Shown: positions 1-9,669 of the stretch, piece by piece
Position numbering within the stretch: the stretch's first letter is position 1
Layout of the letters: the number at the start of each line of letters is the position of its first letter
Assembly: GCA_963822965.1 (NCBI GenBank)
Contig: CAWGJT010000010.1
Coordinates: 864,001-928,000, forward strand
DNA from: an uncultured delta proteobacterium
Lineage (GTDB): Bacteria > Myxococcota_A > UBA9160 > UBA4427
DNA: 64,000 bases
Direction: 5' to 3'
Made by a program: the position numbers and the translations under genes
Notes under the pieces: generated by a model
Seen by the model: the letters and a program-made list of their open reading frames with translations, nothing else
Databases searched by the model: none
Told to the model about the DNA's origin: nothing

Positions 1-2
1 CG

Positions 3-737
3 CGCGAAGACGTCGAAGCCACGGAGCACTCGAGCCTCACCCCGGGCGAGGCGACGGCCCGTCCGGGACGCTCCGACGTGTGGGCCGCCTGGTGGCCGTT
101 CCTGGTGGCGTCGTTCGTCTGCTACGGGCTGCTGCCGCGGGTGGCGCTGCGGGCGACCGCCTCCCTGGGCACCCGACGGCTGCTGCGCGGGATCGCCTTC
201 GACCACGAGGGCTGCGTGCGCCTGCGCGAGCGCCTGCGGCGCCCGGTGGTGGACGGCCGGGCCGAGGAGCGCGATCGGTCGGGCGCACACGACGACGCGC
301 GCACGCCGGAGCTTCCGCGGCTGGAGCTGCCGGGCCGGGTGTGGGCGATTCGCTGGGCCGGCGTGCCGCTCGACGGCGAGGCGCTCGCCACCCGTCTCGC
401 GGGCTCCCACGGTGTCGTCGTCGAAGGCGTGGAGACCGCTGGTGCCCTCGATCTCGCCGGCGACGCTGCCGCCCTCGAGAAGCTGCGAGGCGCACCGGCG
501 GTGCTGGTGGTGGTCGAGGCCTGGGAGCCGCCGAGCGCGGACTATCTCGACTTCCTGCGGCGGCTTCGGGGAACGCTGGGCCAGCGCACCCCCGTGCTCG
601 TGCTGCCCTGCGAGGTGGACGAGCGGGGGCGCCCGACGGTCGTCGCACCGCGTCATGTCGCGCTCTGGCGCCGCAGCCTGACGGCCCTCTCCGACCCCTG
701 GCTGCGGGTCGAGCCCTTCCCCGGAGACGCTTCGTGA
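3..737 (+). CDS. DUF2868-domain membrane protein (C-terminal part; gene starts upstream of the window)
   Basis: Frame is open from base 3. WWPFLVASFVCYGLLPR helix and VVVEAWEPP motif; TGA overlaps the GTG of the DUF3482 GTPase, the usual partner. Confidence 0.7.
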   Translation, partial: REDVEATEHSSLTPGEATARPGRSDVWAAWWPFLVASFVCYGLLPRVALRATASLGTRRLLRGIAFDHEGCVRLRERLRRPVVDGRAEERDRSGAHDDARTPELPRLELPGRVWAIRWAGVPLDGEALATRLAGSHGVVVEGVETAGALDLAGDAAALEKLRGAPAVLVVVEAWEPPSADYLDFLRRLRGTLGQRTPVLVLPCEVDERGRPTVVAPRHVALWRRSLTALSDPWLRVEPFPGDAS

Positions 738-2146
738 CGGCCCCGGCCTTCGCGGTCGTGGGCCACGTGAACCGCGGCAAGTCGAGCGTCGTCTCGACCC
801 TGGCCGCCGATCCCTCGGTGGCCATCGACGACACGCCCGGCACCACCCTGGCCACGCGCGCCTATCCGATGCGCGTGAACGGCGAGGTGCTGTACACGCT
901 CTACGACACGCCCGGCTTCGAGCGCGCGCGCCACGTGCTCGCCTGGCTGCGCGAGCGCGAGACGGGCACCGGGGAGCGGGCGGCGCTGGTCCGCCGCTTC
1001 GTCGACGAGCACGCCCGCACGGGGGGCTTCGTACCCGAGTGCGAGCTGCTGCGGCCGATCCTCGACGGCGCCGGCATCCTCTACGTGGTCGACGCCTCGA
1101 TCCCGGTGACGCCGGCGGTCGAGGCGGAGGCGGAGATCCTGCGCTGGACCGGACGGCCCCGGATGGCGCTGCTCAATCCCATCGGCGAACGGGACTTCAG
1201 CGAGCAGTGGCGGCCGATCCTGGACCAGTACTTCAGCCTCGTCCGGGTCTTCGACGCGCACGAGGCCGACTTCGCGCGCCGGATCGGGCTCCTGCGCGCT
1301 CTGGGCGAGCTCTCCCTCGACTGGCGGCCGGCGCTCGAGCGCGCGGTGGAGGTGTTGGAGGCGGACCGTCGCTTCCGGCTGCGCGAGAGCGCGCGGGTGA
1401 TTGCGGACGCCCTCGCCGATCTCGTCACCCACACCGAGGAGAAGCGCCTCGCGCCCGGCGCCGATCCCGAGCCCGAGCGCGAGCCGCTCCAGACCCGCTA
1501 CTACGCGTGGCTTCGCGAGCGCGAGCTCCGGATGCGACGCGATCTGCGCCGGCTGCACCTGCACGAGGACCTCGAGGTGGACCAGGCGGGCATCGAGCAG
1601 CAGGACGAGGAGCTCTTCGACCTGTCGACCTGGAGCCGTCTCGGTCTGTCCCGCGCGCAGCTCGCGGCTGCGGGGGCGGCCGCCGGGGCGGTCGTCGGGG
1701 GTGGCATCGACGTCAGCGTCGGTGGCTCGTCGCTGCTGTTGGGCAGCGCCCTCGGTGGGGCGGTGGGTGCCGCGTCGGCGCTGTGGGGCTGGGCCCAGCT
1801 CGCCCAGGTTCGCATCCTGGGGCTCCAGCTCGGCGGGCGGCTGCTGCGCATCGGTCCGATGCCGAACCGGAACTTTCCCTGGGTGATCCTGGATCGTGCC
1901 CTGGTCTTCCACGCCGCGGTCGCCCGGCGGGCGCACGCCCGCCGGGCGGCGGTCGACCTGCGAAACGCCGAGGGCGTGGTCTCGACGCTGCCCCGCGAGG
2001 TGCGCGGCGAGATCCAGTCGGCCTTCGACACGCTGCGCCGGGGCGGCAGCCCCGAGGCGGCCGGAGGAGCGTGCCGCGTGCTGGCGGGCGCCGTCGAGGG
2101 CCTGCTGCGCGTGGCTTCGGAGCCCGGATCCGGGTCGTCGGGGTAG
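734..2146 (+). CDS. GTPase/DUF3482 domain protein
   Basis: GTG at 734 overlaps the upstream stop. G1 GHVNRGKS, G2 TPGTT, G3 DTPG; Gly/Ala-rich hydrophobic hairpin near the C-terminus. Confidence 0.8.
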   Translation: MTAPAFAVVGHVNRGKSSVVSTLAADPSVAIDDTPGTTLATRAYPMRVNGEVLYTLYDTPGFERARHVLAWLRERETGTGERAALVRRFVDEHARTGGFVPECELLRPILDGAGILYVVDASIPVTPAVEAEAEILRWTGRPRMALLNPIGERDFSEQWRPILDQYFSLVRVFDAHEADFARRIGLLRALGELSLDWRPALERAVEVLEADRRFRLRESARVIADALADLVTHTEEKRLAPGADPEPEREPLQTRYYAWLRERELRMRRDLRRLHLHEDLEVDQAGIEQQDEELFDLSTWSRLGLSRAQLAAAGAAAGAVVGGGIDVSVGGSSLLLGSALGGAVGAASALWGWAQLAQVRILGLQLGGRLLRIGPMPNRNFPWVILDRALVFHAAVARRAHARRAAVDLRNAEGVVSTLPREVRGEIQSAFDTLRRGGSPEAAGGACRVLAGAVEGLLRVASEPGSGSSG

Positions 2147-2223
2147 CTCGTCGAGAGGCGTCGCTGGGGTAGAGTCGAGGAGTCGTCCCGAGACCGGGCG
2201 ACCGCCAGCAGGAGGGCCTCGGA

Positions 2224-3081
2224 ATGCAGACCGGCGACTACGAGCGGATCCGGGTCGAGCCGACGAGCGGCGCTCTGGGCGCGGAGGTATTCGACGTCGA
2301 TCTGGCGAGCAAGCTCGACGACGCGACCTTCGAGGAGATCCATCGCGCCTGGCTCGAGCACGGGGTGCTCTTCTTTCGCGACCAGCACATCACCCCCGGC
2401 CAGCAGACGGCCTTCGGCGAGCGCTTCGGGGATCTCGAGAGCTATCCCTTCATCGCGCCGCTGCCCGGGCATCCCCACGTGATTCCCATCATCAAGGAGA
2501 AGGAGACGCGCTTCAACTTCGGCGGGGGCTGGCACTCGGACATGTCCTACGAGGAGAGGCCCTGCAAGGCGACGCTTCTCTACGCCATCGAGGTGCCCGA
2601 CCGAGGCGGCGACACGCTCTTCGCCAACATGACCGCGGCCTACGAGGCGCTCTCGCCGGGCATGAAGCGCCTGCTCGACGGGCTGCGCGCGGTCTTCACG
2701 GCGGCGAAGGTTCACGGGGCGGCCGGCCTGTACGAGAACGCGGACCACCCCATGGAGAGGCAGAAGAACGAGGCCCACGAGCAGGCGCGTCACCTGCACC
2801 CGGTGGTCCGGACGCATCCCGAGACGGGTCGCAGGGCTCTCTACCTCGATCCGCCCCACGTGGAGCGCTTCGAGAACATGCGGGTTCACGAGAGCCAGCC
2901 GTTGATGGACTTCCTGGCCCAGCATGCGACCCAGCCGCACTTCACGACGCGCCTGCGCTGGCGGCCGGGCACCCTGGCGGTCTGGGACAACCGATGCGTG
3001 CAGCACTACGCGCTCAACGACTACCCGGGGAAGCGCCGCGAGATGAACCGCATCACCGTCCAGGGGGGCGTGCCGGTCTAG
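2224..3081 (+). CDS. TauD/TfdA family Fe(II)/2-oxoglutarate dioxygenase
   Basis: WHSD, HPVVRTHPETGR and WDNRCVQH motifs. Confidence 0.92.
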   Translation: MQTGDYERIRVEPTSGALGAEVFDVDLASKLDDATFEEIHRAWLEHGVLFFRDQHITPGQQTAFGERFGDLESYPFIAPLPGHPHVIPIIKEKETRFNFGGGWHSDMSYEERPCKATLLYAIEVPDRGGDTLFANMTAAYEALSPGMKRLLDGLRAVFTAAKVHGAAGLYENADHPMERQKNEAHEQARHLHPVVRTHPETGRRALYLDPPHVERFENMRVHESQPLMDFLAQHATQPHFTTRLRWRPGTLAVWDNRCVQHYALNDYPGKRREMNRITVQGGVPV

Positions 3082-4031
3082 TCCTCGCCCCGATCGGCTT
3101 CCGCTCCCGAGGCGGGCTCGAAGCCCGCGTCGGCCGCCCGCAGCAAGGTGGTGACGGCGTCGTTGAGCGGGGTCGGAATGCCGTGACGGCGACCGAGGCG
3201 ACCCACCACCGCGTTGCGGACCTGCCACTCGAGCGGCCGTCCCTCGCGCCGGTCGACGGTGATCGAAGACCAGTGGTCCGACGCGGCCTCGAGAACCCGG
3301 GAGAGCACCTTCTCCGGCGCATCCGCGGGCAGGCGCGCGCCCTCCGCCCGGCCCACGCCGGCCACCTCCCGCATCAGGGCCAGCACGAGCTCGCGCACGT
3401 CGGGCTCGGCGGCCACCCCGTTGGGCCGGATCACCAGGGCGCACACGCCGCCCAGGGCGGCGTTGGAGAGCAGCTTCCACCAGGCCTGGCTCCGGAAGTC
3501 GGGGGTGGCGACCACCCGGGTGCGCGCGCCTTCGAAGAGCGCTGCGAAGTCGCGGCCGTCGTCGTCGTCCGGCACGAAGAGGAGCCCGTCCCGGGACTGG
3601 CGGACCCGGCCGGGGGCGGTCTTCTCCGCCGGCAGCTGGATCACCACCGGCAGCAGCCGTGTGCCGGCCGGCGCCAGGGGGGCGATGCGCTCCGCGTGGT
3701 CGACACCGTTCTGGAGCACCGCCAGGCGTGCGCCCCCGGTGCAGAGCGTGTCGAGCCAGCGGCCTGCGGCCGCGCTCTGGTTGGCCTTCGTCGCGAGCAA
3801 CACCCAGTCGAAGCCGCGACCCGGCGGCAGCGAGGTCAGGGCCTGCTCGGGTCGGACGGCCACCACCGCGTCCACCGTGGACACGCCGCCGGGCCGCGCC
3901 ACCTGCAGGCGCTCGAAGGGAGTCCTCGCGCACAGCACGATCCGGTGTCGGCCGAGGTCGGCGAGGTCGGCCGCGACGGCGCCGCCGATGGCGCCCACGC
4001 CGACGACGGCGATGCGGGCGGGCTCGCTCAC
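3078..4031 (-). CDS. panE: 2-dehydropantoate 2-reductase (ApbA/PanE family)
   Basis: GVGAIG Rossmann motif, LLATK, LQNGV, WWKLLSN, SSITVD...GRPLE. Confidence 0.85.
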   Translation of the reverse strand: MSEPARIAVVGVGAIGGAVAADLADLGRHRIVLCARTPFERLQVARPGGVSTVDAVVAVRPEQALTSLPPGRGFDWVLLATKANQSAAAGRWLDTLCTGGARLAVLQNGVDHAERIAPLAPAGTRLLPVVIQLPAEKTAPGRVRQSRDGLLFVPDDDDGRDFAALFEGARTRVVATPDFRSQAWWKLLSNAALGGVCALVIRPNGVAAEPDVRELVLALMREVAGVGRAEGARLPADAPEKVLSRVLEAASDHWSSITVDRREGRPLEWQVRNAVVGRLGRRHGIPTPLNDAVTTLLRAADAGFEPASGAEADRGED

Positions 4032-5110
4032 GCGACGCCTTCCGAGAGCCGCTCCGCGACCGCGTCACAGAAGGCCTCGGTGGACGCCGAGCCGCCCTGG
4101 TCCGGCGTCAGGGTGCGACCTTCCGCGTAGACCGCCGCGACCGCCGCCGCGAGGTTGCGGGCGGCTTCGCCGAAGCCCAGGTGCTCCAGCATCATCGCGC
4201 CAGAGAGAATCATCGCCGTGGGGTTGATCGTGCCGCGCCCCGCAAGATCGGGCGCGGTGCCGTGCGCCGATTCGAAGTAGGCGTAGTCGTCGCCGTAGCA
4301 GCCGCTGGGCGCCAGCCCCAGACCCCCCACCAGCGCCGACGCGGCGTCCGAGAGCACGTCGCCGTACAGGTTGGGCAGGACGACGACGTCGAAGGTCTTG
4401 GGCCGGCAGACGAGCTGGTGCGCCAGGTCGTCCACGATCAGCGATTCGAAGCCGATGTCCGGATACTCGCTCGCCACCTGTAGGGCGACGTCGCGGAAGA
4501 GACCGTCGGAGAGGGGCAGCATGTTGTGCTTGGTGCCGCAGGTGACGTGCCCCGGCCGTCCGGCCGCCCGGCGCCTTCGGGCCAGCTCGAACGCGAAGCG
4601 CACCACCCGGAGGCTGCCCGCCTCGGTGATCACCTTCAGGGCGAAGCGCCCGGGGGCGAGCTCGTCCACCGGGCGGCCCACGGTGGGGCTGCGCAGGCCG
4701 GCCGGGGCCAGCTCCTGCAGGTCGCCCTCCGTGCGCACGTACAGGTCTTCGAGGTTCTCGCGGACGATCACGAAGTCGATGCCGGTGGGGTCGGCGAGCG
4801 GGCTCCGGGCGCCGGGCAGGAAGCGCGCCGGGCGCACGTTCGCGTAGGTCTGCTTGCCCCAGCGCAGGTAGAAGAGGGCGGGCACGCTCGGGCCGCTGGT
4901 GGCGCCGAAGAAGGTCGAGTCCGCGGCGTCGATGGCCTGGCGCGCCTCGTCGGGAAACAGGCCGCCGTGCGTGGCGCGTGCCGCCAGACCGACGGGCGGT
5001 CGGATCCACTCGAGATCGAGACCGAGCCGGTCGATGAGCCTGACCGTCGGCTCGAAGGCTTCGGGAGCGGCGTCCTCGCCCGGGATCAGCACGACGCGTC
5101 GGTGGGGCAC
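4028..5110 (-). CDS. Isocitrate/isopropylmalate dehydrogenase family protein
   Basis: YANVRP, IVRENLEDLY, PNLYGDVLSD, FESAHGTAPDLAG. GTG at 5110 chosen as start; the ORF-track extension is not protein-like. Confidence 0.9.
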   Translation of the reverse strand: MPHRRVVLIPGEDAAPEAFEPTVRLIDRLGLDLEWIRPPVGLAARATHGGLFPDEARQAIDAADSTFFGATSGPSVPALFYLRWGKQTYANVRPARFLPGARSPLADPTGIDFVIVRENLEDLYVRTEGDLQELAPAGLRSPTVGRPVDELAPGRFALKVITEAGSLRVVRFAFELARRRRAAGRPGHVTCGTKHNMLPLSDGLFRDVALQVASEYPDIGFESLIVDDLAHQLVCRPKTFDVVVLPNLYGDVLSDAASALVGGLGLAPSGCYGDDYAYFESAHGTAPDLAGRGTINPTAMILSGAMMLEHLGFGEAARNLAAAVAAVYAEGRTLTPDQGGSASTEAFCDAVAERLSEGVA

Positions 5111-5288
5111 GCGGCGCAGGGTAGGGGCTCGCCGAGGTGCGCGCAGGCCGGCGCGCACCTCGGCGCCCGACGAGCCGCGGCGGGATGGACGCCGGTCCGG
5201 CGACGGACGCTCGGGTATAGTCACCGCTCCCGTCGGGCTCGCGCTTCGTCGGGCACACACCAGGACTCGCGAGGAGAATCGCAACGAG

Positions 5289-6479
5289 ATGGCGGCCCGT
5301 CCGCTCGAGGGCATTCGGGTCCTCGACTTCAGTCGCGTGGTCGCGGGACCGCTCTGCGGCCGGCTGATGGCCGACCAGGGCGCGCTGGTCATCAAGATCG
5401 AGCCGCCCGCGCCGGACATGACCCGCCGGGCGACGCCGCTGGTGGACGGGGCGAGCGCGTACTTCAGCCACCTGAACGCGGGCAAGCTGGGCGTCTGTGT
5501 CGATCTCGCCGACGCCGAGGCGGCCGAGCTCGTGGCGCGCCTGGCCGACGATGCGGACGTCGTGATCGAGAACTTCCGGCCCGGCACCCTCGCGCGCTAC
5601 GGGCTCGACGCGGAGACCCTCTGCCGGCGCAATCCGCGGCTCGTCTACTGCTCGATCAGCGGCTACGGGCAGCGGGGCGTGTGGGCATCGCGACGGGCGT
5701 ATGCGCCCGTGGTCCACGGCGAAGCCGGCATGATCGCCTCGACGGCGCGCCTGCACGATGCGCCCCCGCGGCCCGAAGCGCTCTCCCACGCCGACTTCCA
5801 GGCGGGCTTTCTGGCCATGGGGGCGATCGGCAATGCGCTCTTCGACCGCGAGCGCAGCGGCGCGGGCTGTCATCTGGACGTCTCGCTCGCCGAGGCCTCG
5901 GTCTACGCCAACGAGTTCAGCGCGCCCGAGCTGTGCGGACAGACCGGCCCCGCCACCTTCGCCGGAGCGGTCTCCCTGGTGTTGGAGCTCGCCGACGGGA
6001 CTCGCGTCGTCACCCAGGGAAACCCGGCGGACAACTTTCGGGGCTGGGCCCGAGCCATGGGACGCCCCGAGCTGCTGGAAGACCCGCGCTTCGCGCGTCA
6101 CGAGGCCCGCCTGCGTCATCGCACGGAGATCTGCGAGATGCTCCTCGAGTTCGCGCGGGGCTTCGATTCCCTCGAGGCGCTGCACGCGACGGTGGACCCG
6201 CATCGGATCGCGGTGGGCGTGGTGCGCACCGTCGCCGAGCTGGCGGAGACCGAGTGGGCCCGTGAGCGCGGGCTGGTCGCGGAGCCGGCGCCGGGCCTGC
6301 GGCTGCCGCGCGTTCCCTATCGCTCATCGCGCGCGGAGATCGGGGCCGTCGGTCGGGCGCCGCGACGCGGCGAGCACAACGAGGAGGTGCTCCGCCGCCT
6401 CCTCGGCCTCGACGACGAGGCGATTGCCGGACTGCGGGAACGCGGCGCGATCCTGACGGCGGAAGAAGGCGGCCACTGA
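5289..6479 (+). CDS. CaiB/BaiF family III CoA transferase
   Basis: PLEGIRVLDFSRVVAGP, VIKIEPP, ADVVIENFRPG, SISGYG; AGGAG upstream of ATG 5289. Confidence 0.92.
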   Translation: MAARPLEGIRVLDFSRVVAGPLCGRLMADQGALVIKIEPPAPDMTRRATPLVDGASAYFSHLNAGKLGVCVDLADAEAAELVARLADDADVVIENFRPGTLARYGLDAETLCRRNPRLVYCSISGYGQRGVWASRRAYAPVVHGEAGMIASTARLHDAPPRPEALSHADFQAGFLAMGAIGNALFDRERSGAGCHLDVSLAEASVYANEFSAPELCGQTGPATFAGAVSLVLELADGTRVVTQGNPADNFRGWARAMGRPELLEDPRFARHEARLRHRTEICEMLLEFARGFDSLEALHATVDPHRIAVGVVRTVAELAETEWARERGLVAEPAPGLRLPRVPYRSSRAEIGAVGRAPRRGEHNEEVLRRLLGLDDEAIAGLRERGAILTAEEGGH

Positions 6480-6527
6480 ACGGCGGCGTGCGAGTCGCCG
6501 CGCGAGGATCCGCTACGCTCGTCGCCC

Positions 6528-7280
6528 ATGCCCGAGCTCGCGCCCCGCGACCAGGCCAGCCTCGACGGCTTCGTCTCCGATCTGTCGTCCCTCTACGGCG
6601 AGCGTCTGCACGCCGTCGCCCTCACGGGAGAGGCGGCCAGCGAGGCCTACCGGCCGAGACGTACGCCGCTCACGACGGTGGTGGTGATCGACGAGGTCAG
6701 CGCCGCCGCCCTGCGCGAGGCGCGTCCGCGTCTTCGTGCCTGGCGCCGCCGCCGGATCCCGACGCCGCTCTTCCTCGATCCGCTCTACGTCGAGACCTCC
6801 CTCGACACGTTCCCCCTCGAGTTCCTCGAGATCATGAGCCACCACGTGCTGCTTCACGGGGTGCGCGACCCCTTCGCGGCGCTGGAGATCGACGTGGAGC
6901 AGCTGCGCCTGCAGGTGGAGGAGCAGCTCCGGGGCAAGCTGCTGCACCTGTGGGAGGCCTACCTGGAGGCCGGCTCACGCAAGAGCAATCTCGAGCGGCT
7001 GCTGCTCGAATCCCTGCCGGGCTTCGAGATGGTCCTGCGCGGGCTCCTGCGGCTCGAAGGGCAGGCCCCGGCGAAGCCCGCATCGGGCACCCGGCTGGTC
7101 GAGGCCGTATCCGCGCGGCTCGGTGTGCCGCTTCCCACCTTCCTGGCGATCGAGGCGGCGAGGACGTCGGGGCAGGGCATCGCTTCGCCCGATCTCGAGC
7201 CGCGCTTCGCGGGAGTTCTCGAGGAGCTGCGCGCGCTGGTCCGCGCCATCGACGGGCTGGCGACCGGGAGCCCGTCCTGA
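6528..7280 (+). CDS. Nucleotidyltransferase-fold protein (degenerate active site), LemA/TPM-associated
   Basis: LYGERLHAVALTGEAA and SLDTFPLEFLEI segments resemble the NTase-like proteins found beside lemA; the GS and DxD motifs are absent. Confidence 0.6.
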   Translation: MPELAPRDQASLDGFVSDLSSLYGERLHAVALTGEAASEAYRPRRTPLTTVVVIDEVSAAALREARPRLRAWRRRRIPTPLFLDPLYVETSLDTFPLEFLEIMSHHVLLHGVRDPFAALEIDVEQLRLQVEEQLRGKLLHLWEAYLEAGSRKSNLERLLLESLPGFEMVLRGLLRLEGQAPAKPASGTRLVEAVSARLGVPLPTFLAIEAARTSGQGIASPDLEPRFAGVLEELRALVRAIDGLATGSPS

Positions 7281-7309
7281 GGCGCGTCCCCCGACGCCCG
7301 AGGCCGCAC

Positions 7310-8068
7310 GTGGCGCGCGGCCTCGCGGTCCTCGCGTGGGTCGGCCTCTGCGTCGTTCGCGTCGCCGGGGCCGACGCGAACGATTTCGCGGCGATTCCGC
7401 CGCTCACCGGACCGGTCGTCGATCGGGCGAACGTGCTCTCTCCCGCTGCGGAGCGCGCCATCGAGAGCCTGGCCGTCGAGCTGAAGCAGAAGACCGGCGC
7501 AGAGATGGCCGTGCTCACGGTGCCGACGACCGCGCCCGAGGACGTCTTCGGCTATGGCATGCGGGTCGTGGACAGCTGGAAGCTCGGGAAGAAAGGCAAG
7601 GACGACGGGCTGCTCTTCCTGTTCGCGACCGGAGATCGCAAGCTGCACATCTTCACCGGCTACGGGCTCGAGGGCATCCTGCCCGACGGTCGCGTGGGCG
7701 AGATCCGGGATCGCTACATCGTGCCGGCCTTCCGGCAGGGGGACTTCGACGGCGGCACCTACGCGGCCATGCGCGCCGCGGCGGAGATCATCGCGACGGA
7801 CGCGGGGGTGACCCTCTCGGGAGAGCCCGTGCGGCCGCCCTCGCGCGGGGGACGGCGGCTGCCGATCCCCCTGCTGCTCTTCGTCCTCGTCGTCTTCTTC
7901 CTGCTGCCGCTCCTGGGCGGAGGCCGACGGCGGCGGGGCTTCGCGCCGGTCTTCTTCGGCGGTGGGCTCGGCGGGGGAAGCCGCGGCGGCTTCGGCGGGG
8001 GCGGCTTCGGGGGTGGCTTCGGCGGGGGCGGCGGCTTCGGCGGGGGCGGCGCCGGCGGGAGCTGGTAA
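7310..8068 (+). CDS. TPM-domain (YgcG-like) membrane protein
   Basis: VVDRANVLS, WKLGKKGKDDGLL, GYGLEGILPD, one TM helix, Gly-rich tail ending GGGGAGGSW. Confidence 0.92.
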   Translation: MARGLAVLAWVGLCVVRVAGADANDFAAIPPLTGPVVDRANVLSPAAERAIESLAVELKQKTGAEMAVLTVPTTAPEDVFGYGMRVVDSWKLGKKGKDDGLLFLFATGDRKLHIFTGYGLEGILPDGRVGEIRDRYIVPAFRQGDFDGGTYAAMRAAAEIIATDAGVTLSGEPVRPPSRGGRRLPIPLLLFVLVVFFLLPLLGGGRRRRGFAPVFFGGGLGGGSRGGFGGGGFGGGFGGGGGFGGGGAGGSW

Positions 8069-8117
8069 CGAAGGCCGCGGCCGGTGGTCCGGCCGCATCA
8101 GGGAGGGAGGAAGGCAG

Positions 8118-8699
8118 ATGCATCTCGGAGTCGTACGGCGGGTGGGCGGTCGCGCCCTGCTGCGAGTGGGCGCCCTGTGCGTGCTGGCGCTTCTCGTTCA
8201 GGGGTGCGGCTACAACACGTTGGTGAGCGAGAAGGAGACCGTGGACGCTTCCTGGAGCGAGGTGGAGAACCAGCTCCAACGCCGCAACGACCTCATTCCG
8301 AACCTGGTGAACACCGTGAAGGGGTTCGCGGCCCAGGAGAAGGAGGTGCTCACGCGGGTGACCGAGGCCCGCAGCCGGGTGGCGGGGGCGGGCAGCCGAC
8401 CGGAGCAGATCGAGGCGTCGAACCAGCTCTCGTCGGCGCTCTCCCGTCTGCTGGTCGTCGTAGAGCGCTATCCGAACCTGAAGAGCGACCAGAGCTTCCT
8501 GCGGCTCCAGGACGAGCTGGCGGGCACCGAGAACCGACTCGCCGTCGCACGAAAGCGTTACAACGACGCGGTGCGCGCCTACAACACCACGGCCAAGCGC
8601 TTCCCGACGAATCTGATGGCGCGGCTGTTCGGCTTCGAGGCCGAGACGTACTTCGAGGCCCCCGAGTCGGCCAAGGAGGTCCCTGCGGTGCAGTTCTGA
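8118..8699 (+). CDS. lemA: LemA family protein
   Basis: QGCGYN, QLQRRNDLIPNLV, VERYPNLKSD, LQDELAGTENRL, FPTNLMA; GGAGG RBS upstream. Confidence 0.95.
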   Translation: MHLGVVRRVGGRALLRVGALCVLALLVQGCGYNTLVSEKETVDASWSEVENQLQRRNDLIPNLVNTVKGFAAQEKEVLTRVTEARSRVAGAGSRPEQIEASNQLSSALSRLLVVVERYPNLKSDQSFLRLQDELAGTENRLAVARKRYNDAVRAYNTTAKRFPTNLMARLFGFEAETYFEAPESAKEVPAVQF

Positions 8700-8759
8700 A
8701 GGAGGTGGGGCGAGCGGCCTCGCGCCACGGCGCTACGCTCGTGCTTTGCGGAGGCGTCC

Positions 8760-8811
8760 GTGCAGCGCTACCTCCTCACCGGGGCCACCGGCTTCATCGG
8801 GCGGCACCCCG
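8760..8811 (+). pseudogene. 5' remnant of an NAD-dependent epimerase/SDR gene
   Basis: GGAGG plus GTG, then QRYLLTGATGFIGRH (TGxxGxxG Rossmann start), breaking off at the convergent ADC stop. Confidence 0.6.
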
Positions 8812-9579
8812 TCAGCGCTTCGGGCCCCCGCTGGTTCCCGGCCAGCGCGATCCGCCGATGGTGTCGGCGTGCGGCCAGAAGGCGTCCGGATCGAGGGCGC
8901 CTTCCAGGGTGATGTTGCGGCTGGTGGGCATGGCGGTCCAGAGCCGGGCGCTGACGGCACCGTGGATGGGCAGCCGGTGCGCGATGGGGTCCCAGCGGCT
9001 CTCGCGCAGGACCAGCTCGCCTTCGACCTTCTCCTGGAAGAAGGTCTGGTAGGTGGTCTCGACCTTCACGACGTGCGGCGGGAAGTCGTAGGTCTTCTCG
9101 GCGCCGCCGACAGCGCGCGACACCTTGATCCACCACTCGTGCTCGACGTAGGGCTCCGGATTGTCGAGGACGCCCGCTGTCTTGCCTTCGAACTCGAGGA
9201 ACGTGTAGCCCTGGTGGGTGCAGCGGGCGACGACCCGCTCGCCGAGACGGTAGTACGTGATCTCGCAGGGGTACTTGGGCTGTCCGTTCATGTCGCGGCT
9301 GATGAAGATGGCCGACTCCTGGTCGATGCCGTAGCCGAGCGCGTAGTAGCCGGCGGTGTCGCGGTAGCTCGCGTCCACCGTCACCACGACGCCGTACTCC
9401 GGCTCGTCGGGGACGGGGAAGTTGTAGATCGAGAGGTGGACCTGGGGCTGCGGACCGGGATCGATCCCGGGCGGCAGCAGGGCCGCGACGTTCGCCTCGT
9501 CGGTGGGGTAGTCGATCTTCAGGATCGGCCATCCGAGGATGTCGCCGGGGTTGATCTTGGGGCCGCTCTGCTCGCTCAT
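8812..9579 (-). CDS. Acetoacetate decarboxylase family protein
   Basis: EPEYGVVVTV and SRDMNGQPKY (GxPK Schiff-base Lys context); length fits the family. Confidence 0.75.
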   Translation of the reverse strand: MSEQSGPKINPGDILGWPILKIDYPTDEANVAALLPPGIDPGPQPQVHLSIYNFPVPDEPEYGVVVTVDASYRDTAGYYALGYGIDQESAIFISRDMNGQPKYPCEITYYRLGERVVARCTHQGYTFLEFEGKTAGVLDNPEPYVEHEWWIKVSRAVGGAEKTYDFPPHVVKVETTYQTFFQEKVEGELVLRESRWDPIAHRLPIHGAVSARLWTAMPTSRNITLEGALDPDAFWPHADTIGGSRWPGTSGGPKR

Positions 9580-9669
9580 ATCGAATTCCTCTTCTCCACG
9601 GGTCCACGGGGTTCACCCACGCGGTTCACCGGCCGGGCTCCGGCCGCTCGGGTTGGCATCCGGTCGTCT

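Noticed and set aside
7955..8068. Tandem GGCGGCGGCTTC-like repeats.
   Set aside because: They encode the ordinary Gly/Phe-rich tail of TPM proteins; not CRISPR or a VNTR element.
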